Below, piece after piece: positions 48,800 through 58,939 of a stretch of 64,000 nucleotides of DNA; the first letter of the stretch is position 1; each line of letters opens with the position of its first letter. Below the pieces are notes generated by a model. The model was not told where the DNA came from. It searched no databases and was given only the letters and a program-made list of their open reading frames with translations. Position numbers and translations under genes: made by a program. Source of the stretch: Podarcis liolepis (lineage: Eukaryota); the NCBI GenBank assembly GCA_965112155.1, contig OZ218102.1; one strand, given 5' to 3'.

Positions 48800-51797
48800 C
48801 ATATGGCTACCAAACAATACCCAATATAATCTACTTTATTACCAAAGTATTGACTGCAGTGGCAGGCACAGTTTAAAAAAAAATCTGACATAAGATACTT
48901 TCCGTTTGATACGTGTAATGGCTATAATCGGAAATGTGAAGTCATAAGAAATTCCAAAAACCCTAATTAGTTTATTTCGTGTAATTGAACTTGTTTAGGA
49001 ACCTTACAAATGGAAGTTTAAAAGCTGCACATTCTCAGTGTGAAGAAAAATACATTTAACATTCTTGAGGTTTCTATAATAAATAGAAATGAAAAATACT
49101 TAAGATGGCAAAACCAGAATATGAAAGAATGGCTGCAGATTTAAATGGCCCCACAGATCCTGTTATGTTAACAGAGTTTCATGCTGTACCTGTCTGCAAA
49201 AGTCACCAGTCAAGGCTTTTAGTACTAGCAAGGCAACTTATGCCCTGCTGTCATGTAGTTTCTGTCTCTTAACCTGCAGCAATGGAAGAGTTAGCAGGTT
49301 CTGCATGACTAGCACACACAGAGATACAAGGTGGGAGCCCCTGTAGAAGCCCCTGCAACTAGCCATCCATTTGATTCTCTGCAGAAGCAAAGGATAGCCT
49401 CCTTGCTGCTGGTTTTACCCATAATATAGTGTATAGTTGAAAACCTGTGCTTCTAATAACCAATTGTTTTATACTAGGGGGTATCCCGAGATGCTACCCT
49501 TTTATTTCTCCCATATCCAATGTACCTCCTAGAAACCTGCAACCTTGAGATTACATATACCAGATGCTTCTAGGCAAGTAGCTCTACCTTTTAGGAGGGA
49601 AACTTCCCCCCACCATAGGAAACATGATCCATAAGTTTCAGGGAACAATCATCTGGCTGAGGTTGCCCTGGAAACAAGAACACATGTACAGCCAAGGCCT
49701 CCAGGCTTGTACCGGAGAGCACGTTGTTTCTCAGCAACTGGATTCTGGCATGACTACTGGGTGGAAATTCTGCATCCTGAGAATATCATCTCAAATTTTT
49801 TTTTGAACAAAGTTGTTTCAAGCCTTCAAGTGTCTCCTACACACTTTAAAGCCTCTGTCTGATGGAAATCTCAAAAACCCAGGCTGGGTAAGTAGCATTT
49901 CCAGTGGTTGGGACATGGCAGCTTCTGTGTGCTATTTCTTTTCTCCTCCCAACCAAGAGAAGCAGCGCAAACTCTGTAAATAATCTTCAGATTTGCTTAA
50001 TTAACATAGTGCATATAGATCAGAGATATTAACTTTTCATGTGCAGAATTTGAAGGAATCTGGCTTGGTGTTTCTCCCCCCATCCCACCCACCCCCCAAC
50101 TCTAATGGTTTTACTTCTAATTATTGGTCAGTAGCTAGTGGTGATAAGTGCAAACTACTTTTTCTCTGCAAGAATAAGTTAGATCAAAAGTGTCTTTGAC
50201 CAATTTGCAGCTCTATTGTCCAGGGTCTAGCATAAAAACTCTATCAAACAGGGATTTGGAAACATAGCAAGAGAAGGTACTGTCAGCTTAGTTTATTTTA
50301 ACTGCCTAGATCTTAAAGAGCCATCTTATTTCTTCTGATGCTGTGGCCCAGGCCTAACCCCACCTGAGCAAATAATCTATAGCACTTGCTTTGGAAGCCT
50401 GTGCTTCAGCTTTTATTGCAGGCGGTGGCTGATATACCCAACCCCACAACCCATTACAAGAGGGCAATGGTACTTTGTGGGTGGGCCTGGTGTATGAAGA
50501 GTAATGCTACAGTAAACTGAGTGCAAGAGACACATGCAATTCATTCCCCCCTCCCGTTCTAAAAGGCAGGTGAAAGTGAGCATGATGGGTATGAAAATGA
50601 TTATTCTCGAGTTCACAGACGTTGGGTTGCAGAACAGGCACCACTCTGAAAATATCTAGACTTTTCATTACAGCAAACCAGATGGCATTTGGGCAGAAGA
50701 CAGCTTTTGTGGTGTAGAAAGGCAGTGATATAGGCAGAATCAGAGAAAACTACGTCTGTCCCTGTTGCTGCCCTCAAATCATGGAGATGGCTGGCTTTAT
50801 AACTGGGGACATGAAAGTCTCCCTGTCCCATCCAGCAAAGGTACAACAGGAAGACTGCTAGCCAAGGTTTCTCCAGCCCTCATGCAACAAGATCCTACAC
50901 ATGCTTATTTGGCAGTTAAGTCTCATTGTGTTCAATGGTGCTTACTCCCAGCTAAGTGAGTATAGGATTTCAAAATTAGGGAAGTGGTGGTAAGTCCTGT
51001 TAATGCTGGTGGATCATTCAACGTGGAGCAAGTGTGGCTCCTTTCTGCTATTAGTTGAGACCAGACTGCAGCTCCAAGGTTAAGCTGTTTTTAAATACCA
51101 TTACCTTGCAACCATCCGGTATAGGAGGCAACTGTTCATACAAACGCTTCCCATTCACCTAAGGGATTTTATCTTTGCTAATTCTGCAGCACACAATCCT
51201 CCTGCCTTTGCCCCGGGTGCTGCCTCTGCATTACTTGCAATTTAGTCCTATAAGCAGAAGATGAGGTTGCAACGAGCAGCCAGTAGGAATAGGAAAGGTG
51301 GGTATTCAACAAGAGAAAAAAGCAAAACTGCCAAAAGAAAAAGGGGGGAAAGACAGACATGGTGCAGGATAGCAGGGTCTAACACCAGGTAAAATGACAA
51401 GATATGAAATGGCAGGATCCCGTGTCTAGGCATGAGCTGTGGACATGGCCTCTCAGGGCACCACACTGGGCAAAACAAACAGGCATGGCCAGGCTTGCTA
51501 AGAATCCGTATTGTGCACAAGTAGTGGCCCCAGATAGAGTCTGTGCTGGATATAAATACATCTGTTGGGCTGGATTTCCCAGCAAAAGTCTTCTATCTAC
51601 ACCTTTGTCTGGTCCATCCAGAAGAGCCATTGTCACCATGCCGAAGGAGATGCTCCGTTGCCAAACTGAGAGCCCTGCCCCACCCCTCTTCCAAGCAGCA
51701 ACAGGGGCAAGAGGAGATGGCAAGGGTGTTCCCAAGGCCTCTGTCAGGGCAGGCCTGGCCCACTTGTCTCTGGCTCCGGCCTGTCCCTTGCTGGAGG
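48800..51797 (-). other. SLIT1: Probable SLIT1 3' UTR (distal end uncertain)
   Basis: Follows the SLIT1 stop. Minus-strand AATAAA candidates (TTTATT on +) at 48835-48840 and 48971-48976. It may extend to ~48100-48300. Confidence 0.45.
50883..50972. repeat. ~90-bp palindromic squamate interspersed repeat; diverged copies at ~1128-1205, ~5130-5215, ~21803-21891, ~23910-23990 and ~30628-30690
   Basis: Shared pattern ..atccta..catg.ttact..g.agtaagtc.ca.tg.gttcaatgg.gcttactccc.g.taagtg..tataggatt.. Confidence 0.5.
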
Positions 51798-52036
51798 CTA
51801 CATGCACTGGGAACAGCCGCATTTGCTGGGTTTTTCCACCTCCTCCACAAAGGAAGAGCCATCGCTGCACTCAAAGGTGTATTTCCTGCGCTTGAGGCGC
51901 AGTCCTGCACAGCATCCTGGCCCTGGGCAAGATCCCCGGCACTCCACCCAGGAGACAGGCCGGGTTGTCTGGCAAATGGCATAGCCTCGCTGGACCTGGT
52001 GGAAGTCTCGCACGGCCTCACCCCGACACTCCGACT
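51798..52036 (-). CDS. SLIT1: SLIT1 last coding exon (239 nt CDS), C-terminal cystine knot: [37 protein letters not shown]...[31 protein letters not shown]
   Basis: ttttccctag| acceptor; stop TAG at 51800-51798. The 12 exons total 2023 nt in one open frame. Confidence 0.97.
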
Positions 52037-52562
52037 CTAGGGAAAACATCAGGAAGAGGGAAGTCAGGCAAGGAGGCTCCTCTGATAAAGCCTTCATTAC
52101 ACATTATGCTTGGGGTTCTGGTGAAGGTCAGCTCAAAAAGCTGGGCATTCTAGTATGTATAAGCATACTATGACGAATGATCTTGCCTTTTGAATGGTTA
52201 GCAACAGGTAGAAAAAATCTTATCTGTCCCTTATCTTGTTGGCTGGGGGTCCTGCAAAACTGGTCTTGCTTTTTGTCAATGGAAGGGGAGGACAGAGAGG
52301 CAGAACGGGGTGGGGGTGGGGAATCAAGAATTTGTGGCTCAGTTGCTCATGCTCCCTTACCAAAGTTGTGGCCATAGTGTCTGGAAGAAGAGTGCAATGG
52401 TACTGTACTGGGATGTACAACACTGGCTGTTCTGTGGAACCACGGAATTCCAAATTCCCATTTATAGCCGGTGCAACAGAAGGGATGGGGGTCTACAGTT
52501 GCTAGAAAACTTACTAGGGGAAGAGGCTAGGCAAGAAATAGCATCTAAGTACGCCCTGGCTG

Positions 52563-52911
52563 CGATGCGGGTGGTGCTGTGGGTTAAACCACAGAGCCTA
52601 GGACTTGCCGATCAGAAGGTCAGCAGTTCGAATTCCTGCGACGGGGTGAGCTCCCATTGCTCAGTCCCTGCTCCTGCCAACCTAGCAGTTCGAAAGCACG
52701 TCAAAGTGCAAGTAGATAAATAGGTACCGCTCTGGCGGGAAGGTAAATGGCGTTTCCGTGCACTGCTCTGGTTCGCCAGAAGCGGCTTAGTCATGCTGGT
52801 CACATGACCTGGAACCTGTACACTGGCTCCCTCGGCCAATAAAGCGAGATGAGTGCCGCAACCCCAGAGTCGGTCACGACTGGACCTAATGGTCAGGGGT
52901 CCCTTTACCTT
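52563..52911 (+). mobile_element. Sauria SINE, full length, in the last SLIT1 intron, with 13-bp TSD tacgccctggctg
   Basis: Same family as 3708-4059. Perfect TSD at 52550-52562 and 52912-52924. Confidence 0.94.
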
Positions 52912-53075
52912 TACGCCCTGGCTGGGGTTTCCTCTGCCCACGGTGGGCATACCTGGCTTAACACAATACTGGCAGCTTAGGTAGAGGCCCAAGCGTCTTA
53001 TCAGGCGAGGGCCCTCAGGGGTCCTTAGCTATGGAGCACGTGGGAATGTAAGGAAGAAAGGGAGCTGTGCCTGAC

Positions 53076-53287
53076 CTTGGTCACAGAGGTCACCATCAAA
53101 TCCCCCGTTGCATTCACAGAAGGCCTCGCCTGTGTCTGAGATCTGGCACTGACCATGAACACACTGCAAGCTCTTGCATGGGTTGTGGAGTTCCCCTTGC
53201 TGGTTGCACAAGGCTCCCTTGTAGCCATCCTGACACTGGCAACTATAGGAAAGGGCATCAAGGGGCATGCAGATTCCATGGATGCAC
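53076..53287 (-). CDS. SLIT1: SLIT1 exon (212 nt), EGF-like 8-9: [29 protein letters not shown]...[14 protein letters not shown]
   Basis: ctacag| acceptor and |gtcagg donor. Confidence 0.96.
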
Positions 53288-53746
53288 CTGTAGAATGAGT
53301 GAAACATAAAGCTAAATATAGGTGAATTCAAAAGGTTGCAGTTAGGCCACCATCTACTAGAAGCATCATTTAACATAGGAAGGACCTGCAAGATTCTCTG
53401 TGCACCTTGGCTTCTCCAACGTCATCTTAGGAATACAAAGAAGTGAGAGGGGAGGAGCGTTCTCACTGACTCCCCAACTTCCCTTATCCTCCAAATATAC
53501 AAATACAACTTTATTGATGCTCCTTTAAAGGTGAAGGAGGAGTTGGTATATGGTATGTGCTGTTGTTCTTGAACGCTGTTCCCAAACCTATGCCCCTGTG
53601 CTGGGCTTTAGAGGCAACTAATTTCTGCTTTTGTTGCTACAATCATAAATGCCCTGCCTGCCCCGCCTCATCAGAGATGAGTAAACAGGAGAGGCAAAAT
53701 ACTGCCCATCAGAGCCCACAAGATATGGATGCAATTCCAGTCACAC

Positions 53747-53948
53747 TTAGGAACACAGGTCAGACTATGGGTGCATCTAGCCCAAAATTGTCTGCTCTGA
53801 CAGGCAGTGGCTCTGTAGGGTCTCAGGCAGAGGTCGTTCCTGATCCTTTCAAAGTGGAAATGCTAGGGATTACTGTATGTGTGAAATGCTAGGGATTCTG
53901 TGTGCTTCTGTGTGAAAAGCACATGCTCCACCACTGAGCTGCAATCCC
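53747..53948 (-). mobile_element. Degenerate tRNA-derived squamate SINE (Squam3-like)
   Basis: The reverse complement begins gggattgcagctcagtggtggagcatgtgctttt (A-box region) and ends ctagatgcacccatagtctgacc...gttcct; internal duplication of gaaatgctagggatt. Confidence 0.6.
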
Positions 53949-54042
53949 TCCCCACACGTTCTCCATCTTGCACACAGCACTGCAGTGAGAGAAGCAGCCC
54001 ACAAGGAAAGGGTGGAGGGGGATTCTGCTGCTGTGTACTCAC

Positions 54043-54331
54043 TTGTGGCCCTGGCAGGGGTTGCTAACGGGCTGGTCACAATGGGGCCCGACCCAGCCTG
54101 GATCACAGTGGCAAATGGGGCCATGAGGGGTGTTGGGTTGGCAAATGCCATGCAGGCAGTAGAGCTTGCGGCAAGGCTCACAGCCGGGCACCACCCCCGG
54201 CTTCATCTGCGTCTTAGTGAAGTCCTGCAGCTCGTTGTTGATGTAGAGGTTGCGGATGCAGCCATGGAAGCTGGAGCCATTCAGGATCTGCCAGAGGCGG
54301 AAGGCGGCAGAGTTCACATCCACGGGCATCC
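54043..54331 (-). CDS. SLIT1: SLIT1 exon (289 nt), end of laminin-G and EGF-like 7: [64 protein letters not shown]...NPCQGHK
   Basis: ccgcag| acceptor and |gtgagt donor. Confidence 0.97.
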
Positions 54332-54756
54332 CTGCGGAGGGGAGAGCCAGAACAGCAAGGTAAGGGGCAGGAAGAGGAGGGAAGAGCAAGGTCCTGGGGG
54401 AAAGAGAGATGGTGCTGGTGGAAGGAAAAGAGCATTCCTTATTCTGGAATGCTGTGTGGAATGTTAAGAGCCACCTTCTTCCATTTCTCTCCCCTCTCCC
54501 ACAGCGCCCGTCACTCCTCCTCAGTTTGGCACTTGGCTCTTAGTGCCCTGCAGTATCAGCTCAGACACCCCACCCTGGAGAGGAGAACAGAAACGTTCCT
54601 CTTGCATCATTACTATCCAATGGACGTGAGCTAAGAAGAGTGAAGGAGCTCTCCATTCAGTTAGTGCCCTCCAGGTGCAAGCATGTAGGTGGCAGAGATA
54701 CCAGCCTCTCTCACCCCCTTCTCCCCAACTGGAATGGGCCCAAGTCACAGTCCTAC

Positions 54757-54911
54757 CCCCAACATAGAGTGGAGCCTCAGAGTTCAGCGTGTGGGCCTTG
54801 CCAAAGCCGTCCATGGTCATGGGGTCTCCTCCATCGATGGAGAGGTTTACCATCCGCTCAAAGGTCACCAGCTCTACAGTGTGGAACTGCCCGTCATTGA
54901 TGGTCTCTGCA
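54757..54911 (-). CDS. SLIT1: SLIT1 exon (155 nt), laminin-G: [51 protein letters not shown]
   Basis: ccctag| acceptor and |gtagga donor. Confidence 0.96.
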
Positions 54912-55181
54912 CTAGGGAGAGAAGGGAGGTGTGGGATGGGAAAGGCTGATGGCACCCAACCTTTGGCCTGATATCTGGCATCCACAGCCATCTGCACCCA
55001 TCCAGCATGGAAGTGCAGCACCCGCATCCGCTTTGCCTCGTGTTCCCTGTCACTTCTGCACTAACTCCCCATGATCCAGACCCCCAAACCCTTCCTTTTG
55101 CCTTCATGGTCAATGTGCAGCTTTGCTCAATGACTGAGGGTCACTCTGAGCTGGAAGGAGAAGCCAAAGGCAGAGGGCTAC

Positions 55182-55312
55182 CTGTAAATGGCAGAGCTGG
55201 GGTAGGTGCCTGGATCATAGCTGACGCGCACATGGCCTTGGTACAGCTCCACCGCCATGTGGTCAGTGTCTCCATTATATAAGAGGATCCCATTGTCTTC
55301 AGCCGTGGAGAC
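55182..55312 (-). CDS. SLIT1: SLIT1 exon (131 nt), laminin-G: [44 protein letters not shown]
   Basis: ctgcag| acceptor and |gtagcc donor. Confidence 0.95.
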
Positions 55313-55459
55313 CTGCAGAGAACGAGGGAATGAACAAGCAAGGGGCAGAAGCATTAATTCTACAATCCAACCAGTCCCACAAATGGCACGGATGAAGAGT
55401 GTGGGCAGATGCCCGCTCTTGGGGTGGCGGAGGAGGCAGCCTTGCTAATCAACACTTAC

Positions 55460-55697
55460 CTGCAAAGTGATGTTGGCGCTGGGCCAGTTTTGCAGGTCAG
55501 TGAACTGGAGGTACGTGTCCCTGTCCACAAAGTTGACACTCAGCAGCTTCTCGCATTTGGGCCCCCCAAAGCCAGGAAGGCACTGGCATAAGGCACGACT
55601 GCCTAGCTCCACACAGTTGGCACCATTCTGGCATTCTGCCCTCTCGCATGGGCTGGGTTGGAGGGAGCCATGGGGTGGAATCTCACAGAGCTGGCCA
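55460..55697 (-). CDS. SLIT1: SLIT1 exon (238 nt), EGF-like 6 and start of laminin-G: [28 protein letters not shown]...[32 protein letters not shown]
   Basis: tcatag| acceptor and |gtaagt donor; [22 protein letters not shown] is characteristic of SLIT1. Confidence 0.96.
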
Positions 55698-56130
55698 CTA
55701 TGATAAGAGTGAGAACACAACAAGGCACAAATTGCAGGATGCAACTTGGAGACAACAGCACAGGGTCTTAGCAGGACCACAGCTGGACCCTGTGGCACTC
55801 ATACAGTTTTAAGGCAGTGTGCCCTCTCCTCTGATTTTCCTCTTCCCAGAGGGTGAGTAAAATGTGCCTGGAATCACATGCATGTGTGTTGAGCCATGAT
55901 CTTTCCTGGTCCCTGTTTGTGCCTGCAGTAAAAGCACTCCAGTTCACTGCACTGGGGCATCAAGTGAATGGGCAAGGCAAGTACTCAAGTGACATACAAG
56001 TCATCACACCGCCCTGAATCCTAAGAGAAGACTGACACACTTTACTCAGTTTGCTTCTTCTGCTTCTTCATCAATAAAGACAACCAGAATATCTTTGGCC
56101 AGGGGTGTCGTTATGGGGTGGTCCAGGAGA

Positions 56131-56520
56131 CAGGGCCAGCCCAATACATTTTAGCATCTGAGGTGAACCACAAAATGGTGTGCTCCCCCCGCAACCAGGG
56201 AAGAAAGGGTGAGTGAAGATCTACATCAGGAACATAGAGTCAACCTTACTGGACGGCTGAAGTGGGAATCAAAGGCCTTGGGGGGGGGCTCACTCTGAAT
56301 CATGCCCAGAGGGCAGCCCCCACCCCCACCATTTTCTCCCTAGTCACTGTAGAGGTGGCATGGGGGGGGGCTGTTGAGGAGGTGGCAGATCTGCCCTCCA
56401 AGGAGTACACCACAGCTGTTGCTGCCACCATAGCATCCCTTTGAGGCTGAATCCACTGCCCTGTGGATCCTGCCACCTGAGGCATTTGCCTCACTTTGTC
56501 TCATGGGCAAGCTGGCCCTG
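56131..56520. mobile_element. Degenerate DNA-transposon element with short TIRs
   Basis: CAGGGCCAGC...GCTGGCCCTG terminal inverted repeats; no clear TSD. Confidence 0.45.
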
Positions 56521-56839
56521 CCACCCTCTTAATTTGCCCAGAGGCATTCTACATTTATGCAGGTTTATGTCAAGGGCATGTGCCCCAAGTCTTTTAAGCT
56601 GACCTCAGCTGCAGGACACAGCTATGTTGCATATCTCTGTACATTACTTCCCTGTATGCAGGAACTACTTTTGCCAGGATGTTCAGAACAACTTGTCTCA
56701 ACTCCTTGGTGGGCAGAGCAATTCACACTAGGCATGTAACTCCTTGTGTGGTACAAAGTCCCAGCAAATGTGAGATGCATTCTTTTAATCTCATAAGCAC
56801 AGTCAAACAACTCTGGAAACAGCCAGGCTCTTAAAACTA

Positions 56840-57337
56840 CCGTATTTTTTGCCCTATAGGGCGCACCGGCCCATAGGGTGCACTTATTTTGGGGGGGGGA
56901 ATAAAGGGGGGGGAATTATTCCCCCCCCGAGCCCCAAAGAGCAAAGAAGCTATGACAGCGAGCGGGATGGATCCCACTAGCTGTCCTGGCTTTATTTTTA
57001 GCCTCGGGGCTGGGGGTCCGGGAGCAAAGGCGAGGTTGCGCAACCTCGCCATCGCTCCTGGAGCTTGCCGGGCTGGGGGTGGGGGAAGCCCGAGCTTCCC
57101 CCAACCCCAGCCCCCAGAACGGGTCCGGGAGTGACGGCGAGGTTGTCATCCTTGCCATCACTCCCGGAGCTTGCGGATAGTTTCCTGAAGCCTGGAGAGT
57201 GAGAGGGGTCAGTGCGCACCGACCCCTCTCACGCTCCAGGCTTCAGCGAAAGCCTGCATTCGCCCCATAGGACGCACACACATTTCCTCTTCATTTTTGG
57301 AGGGGGAAAAGTGCATCCTATAGGGCGAAAAATACGG
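56840..57337. mobile_element. Young Tc1/mariner-superfamily MITE (498 bp), TA TSD, in a SLIT1 intron
   Basis: TA|CCGTATTTTTTGCCCTATAGGGCGCAC...GTGCATCCTATAGGGCGAAAAATACGG|TA; GC/CpG-rich interior with internal inverted repeats. Confidence 0.9.
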
Positions 57338-57510
57338 TAATCACTGTTTGACACTTCTGGTAACAACTGATCACTCTTTTTGTTGTACCTCTTTCTCCCA
57401 GCCACCCTTGTGGAACTCTTCCAGTAGAGGGCAATCCTAGGTGTTGAGGTTTGCAGGTAGCTTAGAATGAGTTGAACTGGTATATACTCCTGCCCATCTC
57501 ACAACCTTAC

Positions 57511-57648
57511 CTGTAGCCTCCAGTACAAAGGCAGGAATATCCATTTGGCTCATCAAAGCACTTGGCGTTGTTCTGGCAGCGATGGTCTAGGCAGTCGTCA
57601 TAGTCTACACTGCAATTATCTCCCACAAAGCCGGGCATGCATTCACAC
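57511..57648 (-). CDS. SLIT1: SLIT1 exon (138 nt), EGF-like 5: [46 protein letters not shown]
   Basis: cctacag| acceptor and |gtaagg donor. Confidence 0.95.
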
Positions 57649-57793
57649 CTGTAGGCAGGGACAGGAAGAAGCCACACACTGGATGTAGCGGCATCCCTTT
57701 CCTATCCACTTTAGAAGTCTGTTGCAATTCCCCTGGTTTTAAACATCTTCTGCTTCCCCCCATGCCACCAATGGTAGCTGCTAAATCACTCAC

Positions 57794-57887
57794 TTGGGCC
57801 CATCAGGGGTAACCCTGCACACGGCATCATGCTGGCAGGGGCTAAGCTCCAGGGAGCAGACATCCATTAGCTGCTCACAGTAAGTCC
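57794..57887 (-). CDS. SLIT1: SLIT1 exon (94 nt), EGF-like 4: GTYCEQLMDVCSLELSPCQHDAVCRVTPDGPK
   Basis: cctgcag| acceptor and |gtgagt donor; phases consistent. Confidence 0.94.
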
Positions 57888-58062
57888 CTGCAGGAAGGAG
57901 AGAAAAGTAGAGAGAAGCAGGCTCAGGCCTCATGTCCCCCAGGCCCAGTCTGCATTTGGCTGAACCAGCTCTCCCAAGGAAAGGGCAGGGAAGGGAATGA
58001 GGAAGAACAACCTTTGCTGTCCCATCACTTGCATCCGTGCAACAGAACCAACAACTTATGGG

Positions 58063-58267
58063 AGGGTTTCCATATCTGGACCCACAAAGTTATTGAGCTT
58101 TTCTTAGTTTGCCCAAGTTGTTGAGCTTTTTGGGCAGATTCACATGACGTTTTTAAGTTAGTTTTTAAGAAAATCAGCAAAAACGTCCAGATTTTCCCAG
58201 ACATCTTAGAAGGATGTACTACAATATTCCGGATATGTCCAGAAAATTCCAGACGTATGGCAACCCT
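58063..58267. mobile_element. Short MITE with AGGGTTGCCATA-type TIRs
   Basis: agggtttccatatctgga...tccagacgtatggcaaccct. Confidence 0.6.
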
Positions 58268-58799
58268 ATCTCATGGGCAGCCCACTCGAAGCACTGTGAG
58301 ATAAGGTATGGCAACCTTCCATTCATACAATAGATGCCAAACTACTTTGAGGGGTGGTTTTTCTTTTAACAATAAATTTTATGAAATAATTTAAAATAAA
58401 ATATTTATAGTCTCATGCTTCAGCCCAGAATGCTGTTATTTGTATCTAACTCCCAAACCCATGACTCAATATTCAACCAGGGTATAGGTGGATCTCCTTC
58501 TGTTGTTCAGGGAAAGACACTATTGTTCACAGGCTAGATACTAACCTGGCAGGGAAGGGGAAACTACTACTTGGGAAGCTAGAGTTAGTTTAAAAAAAAT
58601 GCATTGGGTTATCTTCAGGTATTGGTGGAGGAGAGGTGCTACCACTAAACTAAAAAAAGTAAATGTTGGGCACTGGAGTCAGATCCTTAGGATAAACCTG
58701 CCTCTGGCACTGACCAGCTTAGAAGTTTGTGCTTTGCTACCTTAGCTCTCTTCTGCTTCTCTTCAAGTGCATCCGCTTCCATTACAAGCCTGGCCCTAC

Positions 58800-58939
58800 C
58801 TGTGAACAACGGAAGGCATAAGCATGTGTAATTGCTGGATCCATTAATGCATGTGGCACCGTTCTTGCAATTGTTATTGTTGCAGTTGTTGGTCCTTAGA
58901 CTGCAGGTTGGACCTTCAAATCCATCCACGCAGGAACAC
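58800..58939 (-). CDS. SLIT1: SLIT1 exon (140 nt), EGF-like 2/3: CSCVDGFEGPTCSLRTNNCNNNNCKNGATCINGSSNYTCLCLPLFT
   Basis: gacag| acceptor and |gtaggg donor; EGF cysteine spacing. Confidence 0.94.

Noticed and set aside
49662-49675. RFX X-box-like GTTGCCCTGGAAAC in the SLIT1 3' region
   Set aside because: Isolated motif with no supporting cluster; could arise by chance in 64 kb.
51379-52040. Overlapping 140-165-aa ORFs around the SLIT1 stop, and possible stop read-through
   Set aside because: GC-rich last exon and proximal UTR. The stop context TAG-CCT is not a read-through motif, and an in-frame TGA follows within about 20 codons.
56840-57337. CpG-island-like GC-rich segment as a possible internal promoter
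   Set aside because: Bounded exactly by TIRs and TA TSDs, so it is a young MITE.
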